Assembly: GCA_964035545.1 (NCBI GenBank)
Contig: OZ037769.1
Coordinates: 17,080,633 to 17,144,632 of the forward strand
Direction of reading: 5' to 3'
DNA from: Bugula neritina
Lineage: Eukaryota > Animalia > Bryozoa
Length of the DNA stretch: 64,000 bases
The notes below the pieces were generated by a model. The model ran no database searches. It was not told the origin of the DNA and saw nothing but the letters and a program-made list of their open reading frames with translations. Of this stretch, positions 1 to 22,840 are shown piece by piece. How positions within the stretch are numbered: the stretch's first letter is position 1; each line of letters starts with the position of its first letter. The position numbers were made by a program, and so were the translations under genes.

Positions 1-8021
<8,021 letters not shown>

Positions 8022-8118
8022 TCCCGCTGCTACGCCATTTACGCATATTATGCGCCTGCGTCCGCACATCTGTATCCTGTTTCGCGTCGATGACCAAAGT
8101 TGTGTCCTCGTGCTTTTG

Positions 8119-8133
8119 AGAAGCTTCGGGAAC
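8119..8133. promoter_or_regulatory. Perfect heat-shock element (nGAAnnTTCnnGAAn)
   Basis: aGAAgcTTCggGAAc, ~85 bp upstream of TATAAAT (8219-8225) of the DnaJ gene; a second degenerate array GAAacTACtaGAAtgTAC at ~8192-8209. Confidence 0.8.
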
Positions 8134-8218
8134 GACCCGGGTTATTCGCTCTCATTCGTTCAGCCTATCACGTCTCAATGTTTGTAAACTAGAAACTACT
8201 AGAATGTACGTTACCACA

Positions 8219-8225
8219 TATAAAT
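8219..8225 (+). promoter_or_regulatory. TATA box of the DnaJ gene
   Basis: TATAAAT downstream of the HSEs and upstream of a non-coding first exon ending at AAG|GTAAGA (donor 8391); acceptor TTTCAG at 9216. Confidence 0.6.
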
Positions 8226-9279
8226 GCATGCAGAGACGGAGGGTTTACAGATAACCTAGAATCGACAAGGACTCCTTTACTGTTTCCCAACAAAGTTTTG
8301 AAATATACGTGCAGGCGCAAGGCAAATTTGTCTTTTGGATTGCTGACATTATTCAGACTTAGCACTACAACTTTTCCAAGGCTTCACAAGGTAAGACCAT
8401 TGGCTAAGAGTAAGACTTTTAAAGTAGGACTACTACGTCTACTAGCCTAAGGTACTAGAAGTTTAACTCAGTTATTCATATTATTATTTATGTTGTTATT
8501 GTTAAACTTACAGTTTAAAGCAATTTCAATCTGAATCTTATTTTATTTTATCATTACTATGGCAATCTGGATCTATCTCTTTGATATGACCTTCGAAGTT
8601 TAATCTCATATTCACAGACCTGTTTTTTTTACAATTATTTATAATTTAAATTATATTATTATTTTAATTTGTTTTTATGTTTATACTTATTAAATTTAAT
8701 TATTATATTCATAACTTCATACTTTATTAACTTAATATTCATTAACAACTACTTTCTCCGAGAGGTCTTGGGACTTAACCCAATCAATATCAAGACCTAT
8801 ACTTAGACACTATTGCTATAACTGCATAAGATTAAGTATTAAGTATTAATGTCATTCGCAGTAACTCTAAAATTATGAATATGTCTTCTGGAACTTTGAT
8901 TTGCAACTACAATCATGTTTTGATTTTAGCTTAACACTAACAACTTTCACTCTGAATCTGTTGAATTTAATTTTTTATGATTGGTCATTAAACTTGAAGT
9001 TCAAGTTAAAGTTGCTGTGAGCCGAGTAATGGTGATTTAGTAGAAGTAATATGCAAATAAGCCCTAGCATCTGCATGTGGTGTTCACAACGATGTAGTTG
9101 CACGTTGACCATCGAATGATTATTCAAATTCAATTTTAATATTTCAAATGTTACTATTAGTTAGAAATCTATATTTATACTTATATTAGATATTTGAATA
9201 TACTTTGATTTTTCAGGTTGTTATTTGCAAAGAATAATTTGTGCTAGCACAGACCCTGGTGCTCAAAGGATATTAGTAA

Positions 9280-10341
9280 ATGATGGGTAAAGACTACTAC
9301 CAGATCCTTGGTGTCAAAAAAGATGCCAATGATGATGAGCTGAAGAAAGCCTATCGTAAAATGGCGTTGAAGTTTCACCCAGACAAAAACAAGTCTGCTG
9401 GGGCTGAAGAGAAGTTCAAGGACATTGCGGAGGCATATGAGGTTTTATCAAACAAAGATAAGCGGGCGGTATATGACAAGTATGGTGAAGAGGGTTTGAA
9501 AGCCGGCGGTGGAGGTGGTGGCGGTGGCACTGGTCATGCTGGACCTGGTACTTACACATTCACAACTAGTAGTGGCTCAAACGTTGATCCTTTTGAAACA
9601 TTTAGACATTTCTTTGGTGACGAAGATCCGTTTGCCTCCTTCTTTGGTGGCAGTGCTGGACGAGCCAATGGACCCTCAGCACCTGGTGGCAGAAGTAGAA
9701 TGTTCAACTTTACTACTATGCCAGGTGGTCACAGCCCGATGGACATTGATGATATGGGCCACGGGATGAATATGGGCATGCCCAGTGGGTCCCGTAAGCG
9801 GCCAGATCCTCCTATAACAAAGGACCTGCAAGTGAGTCTGGAGGAAGTGTACTCTGGAGCCACTAAGAGAATGAAGATCAAGAAACAAGTTTACTCAAAC
9901 AACCAGTATTCAACTGAGGAGAAAGTGCTGTCTATAGATATAAAGCCGGGTTGGAAGGCGGGCACTAAAATCACTTTCCCAAAGGAGGGTGACCAGACTC
10001 CTAATAATGTACCGGCTGATATAGTATTCATACTCAAAGACAAACCACACCCCAAGTTTAAACGTGACGGAAGTGACATCAAATATAAAGCTAATGTTTC
10101 ATTAAGGGACGCTTTGACAGGGGGTGTAATCAACGTACCACTAATCGAAGGGGGACATTTACAACACCGACTACAAGAGGTGATAACTCCCAACACACAC
10201 AAAAGACTGGTTGGAAAAGGTCTTCCTTTACCCAAGGAACCAGGTGCTAGAGGTGACATGATTCTTGAATTTAACATAAAATTTCCTGAACAGCTGCCTG
10301 ACACTACTAAAAGGAGATTACGAGAAGTTTTGCCATCGTAA
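9280..10341 (+). CDS. DNAJB: DnaJ/Hsp40 class B co-chaperone (DNAJB1/4/5-like), single coding exon
   Basis: 353 aa: MGKDYY J-domain with HPD motif, G/F-rich linker, C-terminal [12 protein letters not shown]...PADIVF...HPKFKRDG...GKGLP; no Zn-finger repeats. Confidence 0.97.
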   Translation: MMGKDYYQILGVKKDANDDELKKAYRKMALKFHPDKNKSAGAEEKFKDIAEAYEVLSNKDKRAVYDKYGEEGLKAGGGGGGGGTGHAGPGTYTFTTSSGSNVDPFETFRHFFGDEDPFASFFGGSAGRANGPSAPGGRSRMFNFTTMPGGHSPMDIDDMGHGMNMGMPSGSRKRPDPPITKDLQVSLEEVYSGATKRMKIKKQVYSNNQYSTEEKVLSIDIKPGWKAGTKITFPKEGDQTPNNVPADIVFILKDKPHPKFKRDGSDIKYKANVSLRDALTGGVINVPLIEGGHLQHRLQEVITPNTHKRLVGKGLPLPKEPGARGDMILEFNIKFPEQLPDTTKRRLREVLPS

Positions 10342-12787
10342 CGCTGAGCTTCCTGTCTAATATACCAGCTTATCTGTGTTACTTACTAGTCATGTACGTG
10401 TGGGAAGATACAGCATTTATTACTACTGCTACTATTGACTAATTAATATTTATAGTGGAGCAAACTTATGTACTAATTACCTGTCTGATGCAATCTTTTA
10501 CTCTGTTGAAGCTGGTAATATAGATTGTATAGGTTACACTCCTTGTTATATAATGGTGTAATTTTATTGCGTTAGTTGTGCTGTGTAGATCTAGTCTAAT
10601 AATTAATATACTTTATATTGCAACTGCTTTGTAACAATATTCATGCAATGCTGTTTATAAATCTCTGAATTATCAATACCTACTTATTTTTATCGTGTTG
10701 AAAAGTTTTGGTTGAACTAAGGAAGAATAAAACTATTTTGATTATATTCAGTGCACAATCTTATTTTTATATCTGTTATTAATTTGAGTAATTTATGAAA
10801 TTGGAATCTGAATTATAATATAGTGCTATTGCAACTCTCTTGAAGTGTAGTTTTAATAAATAATAATAATAGCCCATTAAGTAGATAACATTTTCTAGTT
10901 TTAGTTAAATATGTTCAGGTTATTGCACATACATGGTACAAGTACTTTTTTCATACTCTTTCAAGTGACATCTTTTTGTTGTCCTCTCTTAGAGCTGATC
11001 TTTAACTGCTAGCTAGTATTTTGAGGTCAGGTTAGGTATATAGAATGAAAGAAAATTATCAGTCACAAAGCCTCTACAAGGTTTTTGCTATTATAGTTTG
11101 CAAGATTGAAAAGGATGACCAACTTTTAATCTAGATTATAGAGATTCGAACTTGAACTGGTGTTTGTTGATGAATCACTAAAGATTATAAAAGTTATAAC
11201 AAGTCAATATCATAAAAAAACATATGTTCAGTGTTATAAACTTTCACTTGAAGCTATAATAAACAGTTCATGATGGGCACCATCGGAAATGGTCACAAAC
11301 ATAGTGTTGGAATGCGACAAGCGTGCCATATTGGCGCTATGTTACGTCATTCTAATAAATACGCAACAACATGTTGTTATGGTTTTTACAATGGGAACTT
11401 AGATTTGGTTCAACGAATACCGCTAAAAGCAGCACCAACTTAGGAGCTACTGGGTGCAGAAGTTGCATAAACAGTAATTTCCAACGGCAGACTCGAGACA
11501 TTCACGAACTTAGTAATCTCCAATTCGATGCTGTTTCCAGCAACTTTCGTGTCTGCATGGCCTTTCTTGCCTTTTTCATAGCTTTCAAAGCATGGTAATT
11601 TTCTGTAGGCGTCCAACACCCCTTCCCTTCCTAGTTGCACAGCCAAAGACAAACCAAGGCATTTTGACATCCAAGGCCAATGCTAATGCAAATAATAATT
11701 TTTCGCAACAAATACTAGAGTAAAATTGTATATAATATGATTTAACTGTCAATATTGTGTTTTGTTTCAAAGTCATCACTAATTAGACATGTGATTGAAA
11801 ATATAATTGTATGACGCTAAAAAAGAGAAGGGCTTTAGTTAATACTTAAGTTCAAGTTTTAGTCAAGTCAAAATGAAAATCAAAATGTTGAAAACTATTT
11901 ACTATTTAGTATTTAACTAATTTAATTTTTTTACTTTTAATTTTACTCTTTTAGGAAATAGAATCAGAATCAGAATGATAATTAGCAAACTATTTCAATT
12001 TTTGTTACCTCTTCCTTATAATAATTATTTTACTAGCCACAAACCATAAGTGTAGTTTTGTTACTGTTAGTGCTGCTAAGCCTAATACTAATACTAATAG
12101 TAATAGGTAATACTAATAGTAATACTACTTACAGTTACTAGTAATACACATAACAGTAATTATAATACTATAATTATTAATTATCAATATTATAATGATA
12201 ACAAAGACGATATTCAAATTGATATTCATGTGACTTTGTGAGCATGAATATCAATCATCTATGTAATATTTATTGTTTAATTAATTAATTTGGTACTCGT
12301 ATCATTAAAACAGTGACCATCAGTAGCTAACTTTTTGATAGGTCAGATTGTGTAGATTTGCACTAATTTTTTATTTTTAGTTTGAAAGATTTGTAATTTT
12401 TGTAAAGCTGATACTAACAACATTTCTTCCCCCCCCCCCCGCACCTACCTCTTATATTAATATTATAGTGCTAGTAGGTAGGTAGATGCTATAAGTAAAT
12501 ATAGTTATACTGATAGACTTATGGTAAACTTAAGTGTAATGGTAATTACGATGGTGCTGGTTTTGCAAATATCGGTATTATCATATAGTTACTAGTAATG
12601 GTATTTCTATCATAATCACTATACGTAACAGTAAATTGAAACTATAATTTGTTGTATTAAATTATCGTTGTTTTGTCATATTAGTTAATTGCATCTCTAT
12701 GCACTGTGCAAAAAATTCATTTTTAAATTTCAAAGTTATAGAAAAGCATAGTTTCTTGTAGTTATTGGCATTTATTATAGGGGTACC

Positions 12788-15744
12788 ATGAGCTCCCCCA
12801 AACGATTAGCAAATCGCCATGGGAAAGGGAAACCGTGAGTTACTTTATTCCGTCAGTATGTACTCTTCCTTGTGCACTAGTCTGTGTGTATTGCATCCCT
12901 GCCCCTATAATAATTGTACAGCCAATTTATTAAAATGAAGGTTTGATTTAAGTTTGAAAGGTTTTTAATTGCTCTAGACACATAATTTTGGACACAGCAA
13001 CTCTTGTTAGTTTTCATGTAAGCAATTGCATATTATATTTCACCTCGCATGTCGGTATACTTTATAGGAACATATGGATTGAGTTTTCAACATTAGCAAA
13101 AGAGTTTGCTAAAGTTGACTTCGGTCAGGGACAACCGAGCTACGCCCCGCAGAGTTACATAGCTGAAACACTGTCTCAGGTAGCGCTTGAGGGTAATGAC
13201 TTTCTTCAATATACAAGAGAAGTAGGTCATCCAAGGTAGGTCAATGTGCGCTCTTATTGGTCGATGTTATAGCATATATAAACTGTCTTTTTAGTGGTCA
13301 GAAAAAGTTTGATCAACTCCCCATCTCTCAAATGACTGAATCAATACGACTAACAGTGAAACTAATCACTCATGGTGCTGAGTAGATAGAAGAGAATTTA
13401 GTTTGAAATGAAACATAATGTTTGATCTTGTTTCTAACTTTCAATAATCTATAGAAGTCTCGTTCAGTGTTGAATAATTTTCAGTTTTGACTATCAGGAG
13501 TTGTCTGCTTTCTTTCACATTGTTTCGATGTTAGGAGTTATCTACTCTATTTTCAAATACAATGTAGTTATAATTATTAGTATTATACTACGTAAATTAT
13601 GCATGATGCTCTATTTATGTTATATACGTATATGGGTGTATCATGTTATATATAATTTGGTAATGTTATATACTAATATAATATAGTAACATTATTATAT
13701 ATATTGGTATATAATATAATATATAGTAATATACTGTAATATATAATATAGTAATATATGCCAGAGTAATATCTAATATATAATATAATATAGTAATATA
13801 TGCCAGAGTAATATCTAATATATAATATAATATAGTAATATATAACAGAATAAAACTTGCTGTAGATTAGTGAAGGCTGTAGCAGACTTACACGGACCTC
13901 TTCTTGGTAGAGCCATAAATCCTACAACAGAAGTTCTTATAACCCACGGGGCGTATGAGAGCCTCTTCTGTTCTTGTCTTGGCCTGGTATGTGGTACTCC
14001 ACTACGTAATACAGAGGGTACAGCTCTTAGTTTAGTATATGCTATCTTATTTGTTATATGCTGTTTATATATGCTTTGTATTATTTATATTTTATAATAT
14101 TAGTTTATCAGCCAATCACACGTGATATACTAATATATCAACCAATCACAGGATATATACTAATATATCAGCCAATCACAGGATATATACTAGTGTCATC
14201 AATGTGACCTGTGCTCTGATTGGTTGAAGGTGAACCCCGGAGATGAGGTCATACTGATAGAGCCGTTCTTTGACTGCTATGAGCCGATGGTTAGAATGAG
14301 TGAAGGGAGAGCAGTGTTTGTTCCGTTACGCCCCTCTGTCACTCCGCCCACCAGAAGTGAGCACTGGAAACTGGACCCCGTGGAGCTGGAAGGGAAGTTC
14401 AGTGATAAGACTAAGCTCATCATCTTGAACACCCCCCACAACCCAACTGGCAAGGTGGGATCCCATTCTACAGCCGATAGTCAAAGTTTCTCGTACAACT
14501 TCTGTCTTCCAAACTAGCGTTTCCTATAATTTATTTTTGAAGTTCGCTTCATTCTTTTCTCCATGCTATTAAGTTCTGGTACAGTAAAAGCCATGTTTCT
14601 TGCATACTTTGTGAAAATGTTTGGTACGTAGTGCTCACCACCCGATACTAATTTATAGGTTTACAGCCGAGAGGAGATGGAGATGATAGCTGCTCTCTGC
14701 ATAAAGTACGACGTCATTTGTGTGTGCGACGAGGTGTATGAATGGGTGGTGTATCCAGGGGCCCGCCACCTGAGAATGGCTACTTTACCAGGTACTCAGT
14801 CTATATAATGTTCTAAGTGCTCAGTCTGTGCTGTGTATATACTATGTGTATGTATTACATAATAAAGGTATATATTACATAATGCAGGTATATATTACAT
14901 AATGCAGGTATATATTACGTAACACAGGTATATATTACATAATGCAGGTATATATTACATAATGCAGGTATATATTACATAACACAGTATATATTACATA
15001 ACACAGGTATATATTACATAATGCAGGTATATATTACATAACACAGGTATATATTACATAATGCAGGTATATATTACATAATGCAGGTATATATTACATA
15101 ATGCAGGTATATATTACATAACACAGGTATATATTACATAACACAAGTATATATTACATAATGCAGGTATGTGGGAGAGAACCATCACCATCTCATCTGG
15201 AAGCAAGTCTTTCGGTGTGACTGGGTGGAGAGTCGGCTGGTCTGTCGGGCCAGAAGATCTCATTAGTTGTCTCCTCGTGGTCCATCAGTCGGCAGATGGC
15301 GTCTGCGCCACGCCCACACAGGAAGCTGTCGCCAGATGCATTGAGAAAGAGATCGCGACTCTTAATCAGCCCGAGTCTCACTTCTGCACTCAGAGAGAGA
15401 ACTTACTGGAGAAACGAGACGTCTGCGTGCAGCTGCTGAGAGAGGCCGGTTTTGTGCCATGTGTTCCCGACGCCGGCTTCTTCGTAATGGCCGACTGGTC
15501 CAGCGTGGCTACGGAAGAGATGGTGCGCGACGGCTCCGTTTCTTCCCCAGACTTCCTCTTCGTCAAGTGGTTTCTCAAGAACTTCGGTATCTTGACAATC
15601 CCGCCGTCTGCTTTCTACGGGGAAGAAAATAACAAACACATCTGCAGCAGATATATTAGATTCTGTTTTTGTAAAACTGACGATAACTTTGACAAGGCAA
15701 GACAAATCTTGAAAGATATTCCCAAGTTGAAACGTATCCAATAA
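12788..15744 (+). CDS. KYAT: Kynurenine--oxoglutarate transaminase / glutamine transaminase K (KYAT1/3-like class I PLP aminotransferase)
   Basis: Exons 12788-12834, 13068-13235, 13866-13986, 14230-14454, 14659-14791, 15167-15744 join in frame; motifs [37 protein letters not shown] lysine [11 protein letters not shown], terminal IRFCFCK. Confidence 0.93.
14865..15170 (+). repeat. 20-bp minisatellite overlapping the KYAT last splice acceptor
   Basis: Unit ATAATGCAGGTATATATTAC, ~15 copies. Confidence 0.9.
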
Positions 15745-16261
15745 TCACTGACCTTTGACCTTTACCAATTTATCAGACAATCAGTAAATTATAAGCGTGT
15801 TTATAAACTATGAGAGTTGCTTCCTCTTGCTTCACGCTCTAAACTCATATTTACATCATCTATTCACTGCGGAGCTAGTCTTCTGCCTGGTTTTATGCTT
15901 TTCCATCATATTTTTGCCAAATGATTGGATTTTTCCTAGTTTTTTTTATGTGTTTTGCATAAATTTTCACTTTTCCTATTGTAAACTGATCATACCTGTT
16001 ACAGACTTTAACTGTACAATGCTGTACTTACTATTGCAAGTAACGCATCTTGTATGAGCATTCCTATATATATTCACTACATTCTTATATTGGTGCTTGG
16101 TTACATGTTCTAATAAATAGACATTATTGAAACAAATCTTTAATATGTGAAAAAGTCTACAAATTTCCTCATTTTCTTAATTTTCCTTGCATTTGGCACA
16201 TTATAGTAATACTATAAAAGTTATTTTAGCTGTTTTGTTGGTTGTTTTGCTATATTAAATA

Positions 16262-16302
16262 ATGTGTATATATATATATATATATACATATATAAACATA
16301 AC

Positions 16303-16378
<76 letters not shown>

Positions 16379-16388
16379 GTTATGTTTA

Positions 16389-16475
<87 letters not shown>

Positions 16476-16527
16476 ATAACATACATACATATATATATAT
16501 ATATATGTATGTATGTATGTATGTTAT

Positions 16528-16593
<66 letters not shown>

Positions 16594-16595
16594 AA
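16262..16595. repeat. (TA)n/(TACA)n compound microsatellite
   Basis: Directly visible. Confidence 0.95.
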
Positions 16596-17536
16596 TACCA
16601 CTCATTACTAAAGTAATATTTCAGTGTATGTTTACAGTTTGCAGGGCATTGACTTGAGGTATATGTAAGAACAAATCATATACGTCTAGACTCTAGACCT
16701 TTCTAGAATATTTAATTAAAGTGTCTGGCATTCATTATGAACTATTATACTCAAGTCTTTCAACACGTAAATTAAAATCATATTTGAATTATTAATGAAA
16801 ATCTAACAATTAAAGATTATCAAGTCTCTACTTTACAGCATGCTTGGCAATCCATACTTGATAGCACTAGAAGAGGTGGTAGGAATATAGTACAATGTTG
16901 TCTGATTTAAATATACCTTGTGAAACTGTATCAATTGTAATATATATAGCCAGCGGTCAAAGTTGTATGTGGGGGGGGGATATGGTGTACCCTCTTACCG
17001 TTGAGTCTTGTAAATAGCTAGAACTTCATGACTAATTGACCCTCTAAATTTGTTTGGTGGTGAAGTGGTGCATGTGACTCATGACAACTTTGTGACGCAA
17101 CTATAACAAACAAACACACAGCTGTTATACTCCCAGCTCCTATCTACAGTTGGTTTACATCCAGGCTTCATACAACCACGGCTTCATACAACCACGGCTT
17201 CATACAACCACGGCTTCATTTAAGAAGCTTACAAGATTGTAGGTTATAAAACTACTCATAAAAATAAGCACAATATTTCACATCCTATAAGTAGATTTAT
17301 ATTTCTGCACGTTTCATCGGCTAATGAGTTTATACTGCGTCTGCCATTGGCCAATCAAATACATTTCTACAACTTTCCAGCGCTACTTGCTGTAGCACAT
17401 ATCTTATAGCTGAACATCTGTTTAACAAAGGTAAGTGTGAATCTAAATTCAGCGTTTTGTTAGATTCAACTTTAGCAAGTTCAATTTATGAAAAGTTAAT
17501 TTAAAGCTGAGAGAACGTTTGATACAGAAGACTTGC

Positions 17537-17836
17537 CCCCTATTCACACTTACCGTATCATACGCCGTAACAGCAAATATCAGCCATTTTTACAGATGTC
17601 TGAGCTTCCTGTACGGCGTTGCGGTACGATAGGATCAAACACTGCTTGATTCAAATAAGTTACGCCAGACTCCTATTGGACAGAAAAACTTTTGTGTTAA
17701 CTCATTGGATATAATTGTCCAATGAAGTGTCATAGATCGTACCTAAGAGCGAACTTTGAAAACTTCAACCCGGACACATTAAATATGGCTGATATTTTAC
17801 GTTACCACGTACGTTACGGTTAGTGTGAATGAGGGG
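17537..17836. mobile_element. MITE with long imperfect terminal inverted repeats (PIF/Harbinger-like termini)
   Basis: Left ccccTATTCACACTTACCGTA...AAATATCAGCCAT; right ATGGCTGATATTT...TACGGTTAGTGTGAATgagggg; lies in the 5'-UTR intron of gene A; target-site duplication not clear. Confidence 0.65.
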
Positions 17837-18384
17837 TTAGTCGTAAATTAGTTTTGTAAATGAAATTTCATAATAATTCTATCAAATATGTAATAGATCA
17901 GCATGGTGGTATATATATAATTTATTGGAATGTTTTGCAATGGAACTATGACCTCATTTGATAGACAGAGTGGGATTGACTACCAGCTGCAGTGTTTTAG
18001 GTTTTGCATACTTATTATGAATATATTATATATAGCAATAGATTACACTACAAAAGTACGAAGCAGAACGTAAATAACAACAGAGTAGATGTATACCTAC
18101 TACAGTTTACTCTAATATGTTAATCTCTGTGTCAGTCAATGTAAATGAATCAACTTTTGCTATAGAAACAGAGTATATTTGTTATGGAAACATAGGATAT
18201 TTACTATAGAAACAGAGTATATTTGTATATAGAAACAGAGTATATTTGCTATAGAAACAGAGTGTGTTTGCTACTTGTAGATGTATATCTACTGCAGTTT
18301 AGACTAATATGCTAATATATAATTTGCTAAAGCATTCAACATGAAATTAATTAAATTTTAGACCAAGTCTTGCATCTGGACTCC

Positions 18385-21300
18385 ATGGAGAAAAAACGAA
18401 CAGATCAGACAAATGAAGTTATGTCTGCATCCCTTCTATATGTAAACGTGTAAGTATATATCAGTAGATAGTGTACTCACTATATTAGTGTAAGTATATA
18501 TCAGTAGATAGTGTACTTACTATACTAGTGTAAGTATATATCAGTAGATAGTGTACTTACTATACTATAGTGTAAGTATATATCAGTAGATAGTGTACTT
18601 ACTATACTAGTGTAAGTATATATCAGTATAGATAGTGTACTTACTATATTAGTGTAAGTATATATCAGTAGATAGTGTACTTACTATACTAGTGTAAGTG
18701 TATATCAGTAGATAGTGTACTTACTATACTTATAGTGTAAGTGTATATCAGTAGATAGTGTACATACTATACTAGTGTAAGTGTATATCAACCCCTTTTG
18801 ATGAGGTTTCCTTGTAGTGGCTATAACCTTGTCTAGCATGAAGAGTATTTATTACCAGATGCAGTAAAAGATATATTGCCCTTTAACTGTTATATGGTGT
18901 TGATGAAATATTATGGCTATATCAACATTTCGTGAATTTTAATGGTTTGAAAAGTTGAAGCGCGTGGCCCCACTCCATTAATACACTATGAGCTATGAGT
19001 TAATATACACTACGAACTGTAGTAGTAGTTAGTAATCAGTATACTATGTACTAGTAGTAGTTTGTAAACTGTGTAGCTACTAGTAGTAGTCAATACATAG
19101 TATATACTAGTAGTAATTAGTACATGAGGTTCCTAGTATTTGTTGCAAAAGCAATAAAACACTTGACGCTCAATTACTGTGTGGAAAGTGAGGTGATGCA
19201 CACGTGTGGTTGTTTTACTGCTCCATGCTGTTCCTTTACTCTAAAGACTACCACCATAATTATGCAGTCACTGCATCCTTTGAAGGCCAGCTGTTAGTGA
19301 ATGTGTTTGCTTTTTACTTTGCAAATAACCATAACTTTTTGATGAGGGTAGACATTTATTCTTTATTAACTAATCTTAAACCAACTGAAGTTCATGTAAT
19401 ATAATATAGTAATAGTATATATTATAGTATAGTAATATGTAATTATAATGTACCAAATGGTTCATAAATATTATGTAGTACTATTACATATTATAATAGT
19501 AATATGTAATAGTGTATTAGAGAGTTCATATATAATATAATAATATATATAATAGTAGTAATATGTTAGTATGCACTAAATAGTTAATATATAGTATAGT
19601 AACAACATTATACCAATTCTGGCCTATTATGAACAGTTGAGGGTAGATGAAAGCTATAGTAACCATAGTAACGGTAGTAGCACTGGTAACCGTAGCAACA
19701 ATTAGTATCACCATATAGTATTTCTCCCATATATTGAGCTGAATTTACTCTCTAAATATAATAAACTATTAACAGCAATTCAGTCATAATTCATTGGAAT
19801 ATTGATTTACTGATTGATTGATTGATTTACTGATTGATTGATTTATTTATTTATCGATTACATATCACAGGCATGAAAACACGTGAAATTCAGAGTAAAT
19901 ACTGGCTATAATAAGTAGGCAAGAAAAAAATTGGAAAATAAGTCAAAACTCTGTTGGATGATTTAAAATAAAATCTCATTTGAATTTTGAAGTATTTAAA
20001 GCTATCCCTGCCCTACATGCTCCTCTCTATTGGGAATTATCTTCTTGTCTATATCGTATTCCCACTAGCAGCTGGAAAACTTTCTAGTTTCTGTAGGAAA
20101 TCTTGAATGGTGTATTATTTCTGCAGCTTTTGCCCACTTTTAGATTTTTTAGTTACTTATGCATCAATATATAGTGATAATAATGGTATTATCATCAACA
20201 TCAGGGTATACCATTATAATATGATTACTATTAGTGTTAGCAATACGCTATGCAGTTTTTTTATAAATCAGAACAATAAGTGAATTCTAGATGTTTCTAT
20301 AGCTTTTAGGAGATAGTTGTGGAGGGGGGGGTGGTGGTGGCTCTTTCAGTATAACAGATATCTGTCACATACCATCAATGCTAATAGTTCACATCAATTT
20401 GATTTGACCATTTAACCATTTATATGAATATTATTTGAATGATTTTTAGAGTGTGTCTGACACAACTAACCCTCGGTTTGTTCACTTTATTCCAAGGACT
20501 CACTTCATCATTGTGGGACAACTCCCAATACGACGTAAATGACTCATCAGTAGACACCCTCTGGACTGGACTAGGAGTGAGTACTCTCTCTGTCTGCTGA
20601 TAACACACTATTTGAGAGAATAGCTAATGTTAATTAGTTCTTAGATATTCAGGTGTATTTACTTTCTTCCATCTATCACATTTATATTGACTGATGTACC
20701 AGCTTTTCATATTTATAGAGTAAGTTAGTTATTGATGAAATACATGATGATGCTTATACCAATTCGTTGTGCATAATTAGTATATACAAGATAAACCATG
20801 TAGCAGTGCTGTCTTTTAATATTCTGATTAAATATATGTCATAATCTATGTCAAAATATGTCAGCATGTGTCGGTATGTGTCATAACATGTGTCATAATG
20901 TGTCATAATATATGTCATAATGTGTCATAATGTGTCATAATATATGTCATAACGTGTCAGTATGTGTGTCAGGATATGTCAGTGTATTTGTCAGAATGTG
21001 TCATAATATATGTCAGAATATGTGTCACAATATGTGTCAGTATGTGTGTCAGAATATGTGTCAGTTATATGTGTCAGTAAATGTGTCAGAATGTGTCAGT
21101 AATCAGTATATGTGTCAGTATATGTGTCAGAACGTGTCAGTTATACCACTGTAATACTCAGTCTCTCTCCAATCAACAAGGTGACTCCTTTGTTTCAGCT
21201 CATCTTAGCTGGAGGACTGGGGTTGGGGTTGACTACATTCAGTGAGAAGATATGGGTATGTAGTAGAGCTGAGCTGGTACCAGCCTTAACTTAGTGTCAG

Positions 21301-22474
21301 TTCAGCTCTAGTATGTCACTCTTTACTTACTTCTACGCTACCCGCAGTTGTACTATATTATTCTATATTATATACATGTACATGTATATTGTATAGCGTA
21401 TTATTTTACTCTTATAATGCTATATTTATCATTTATTACTGATTGTTTTTAACCATTTTATCTTATACATAACTTGTTTTCTATATAATATATCATAGTG
21501 ACATTCAATTGACCCTGAACATACTGTAGGTCACGGGTACTTTGATACTGAATATTACTCTGTCTGGACTCTTCGTTGGAATGCTGACTGAATTGGCATC
21601 GTCTGGGTTTCCATTGACATCTGTTGAGAGGTGTGGCTGGTACAGCCTGTTTGTCTGTGACCAAACTAATGTGAGTATTACTACTCCACCCGCACCTTGA
21701 GTGTAAGTTCTCAGGCTAACACTAATGCTATATTATACATAGTGTTAGATTATACCTCCTTTCATGTTACATTGTAAATTGTAATACGTTACGTTACATA
21801 TTACAGGATGTTTTACTATACTACATCATGTTACATAACAATATTCCGTATGACTACGCCATATGATTACATTATATTCTATATGTCATGATATGTTTTA
21901 TTCAGGTGTCATACGCTGCCTACCTGACGGAGTTGATGCTGCTGTTTGTCTCTCTGTGTCAGTTTCTCTTTACTGTCTTCAGTATTAGCCTGGGTTTCCA
22001 CAGTCTGTACAATAGTTGTGGTTCTATCACACACAGAGCTGCTAGTATCAAGGTAAGGTAACTCCAACTTGGTTTAACTCATGACTAAACAATATTCAGG
22101 TTTGACATTTCATTTTACTATGCTATTGCATCCTACCATATGATTATATAACATCTTCTATTAATCTCAGAAATGATGGCAAAGTGAGAACATAGTTTTG
22201 AACTAAAGACCTTGACCTCTGGAGTTGTGGGACTCGGCTGTGTCCCGGGAGTAGCGAGGAGTAACTCAGGGAACTTTCCTTCCTCCCAGTGAAAGAGTTC
22301 CGCGAGAATGGATCGCTCTTCAAACTCAATTTGGACCAGAATTGTTGAAATTTCTGCTGCATTGACGTACAGCTTGAAAATAATTAAAAATGTTTTATCA
22401 AGAATCAAATTTTCACTTGCTGCTGCACTTTTTGGTTACAGGATGGTAAAGGAAAGATAACTCCTTTGTCATAA
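18385..22474 (+). CDS. CD20/MS4A-like four-TM protein, gene A (divergent, short tail)
   Basis: Exons 18385-18449, 20450-20576, 21199-21255 (57 nt), 21530-21670, 21906-22052, 22442-22474; VCLTQLTLG...LWTGLG|LILAGGLGLG...W|VTGTLILNI...RCGWYSLFVC...|...LCQFLFTVFSI; same intron phases as B/E/F. Non-coding exon donor near 17431. Confidence 0.78.
18448..18790 (+). repeat. ~40-bp minisatellite reiterating the gene A exon-1 donor
   Basis: Unit GTGTAAGTATATATCAGTAGATAGTGTACTTACTATACTA, ~8 copies. Confidence 0.9.
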
Positions 22475-22601
22475 ATTGATCATTTGTTATTATGTGTTGT
22501 AAATTGTGTATTTATTAATAATGTATATGGATCAGATACTGGTTTGTGAGGTTGGGAATATATATCAAATATACAGTATTTATAATATTATATTCATACT
22601 A

Positions 22602-22840
<239 letters not shown>

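Noticed and set aside
9509-10304. Alternative-frame and antisense ORFs within DnaJ (similarly within KYAT, Gag and gene E tail)
   Set aside because: Shadows of genuine coding sequence.
11270-11520. Possible decayed THAP-domain transposon fragment
   Set aside because: Similarity needs frameshifts and stops and no matching second TIR was found; region fits a KYAT promoter/5' exon equally well.
16250-16595. Many YIYIY/CVCV/THTH/MYVC ORFs (also 22.5-22.9, 29.0-29.6, 35.9-36.3, 37.2-37.6, 44.2-44.7, 45.7-46.3 kb)
   Set aside because: Translations of stop-free microsatellites; only short ends overlap real exons.
22133-22408. GC-richer island and minus-strand ORFs in last intron of gene A
   Set aside because: No recognisable domain or consistent splice signals.
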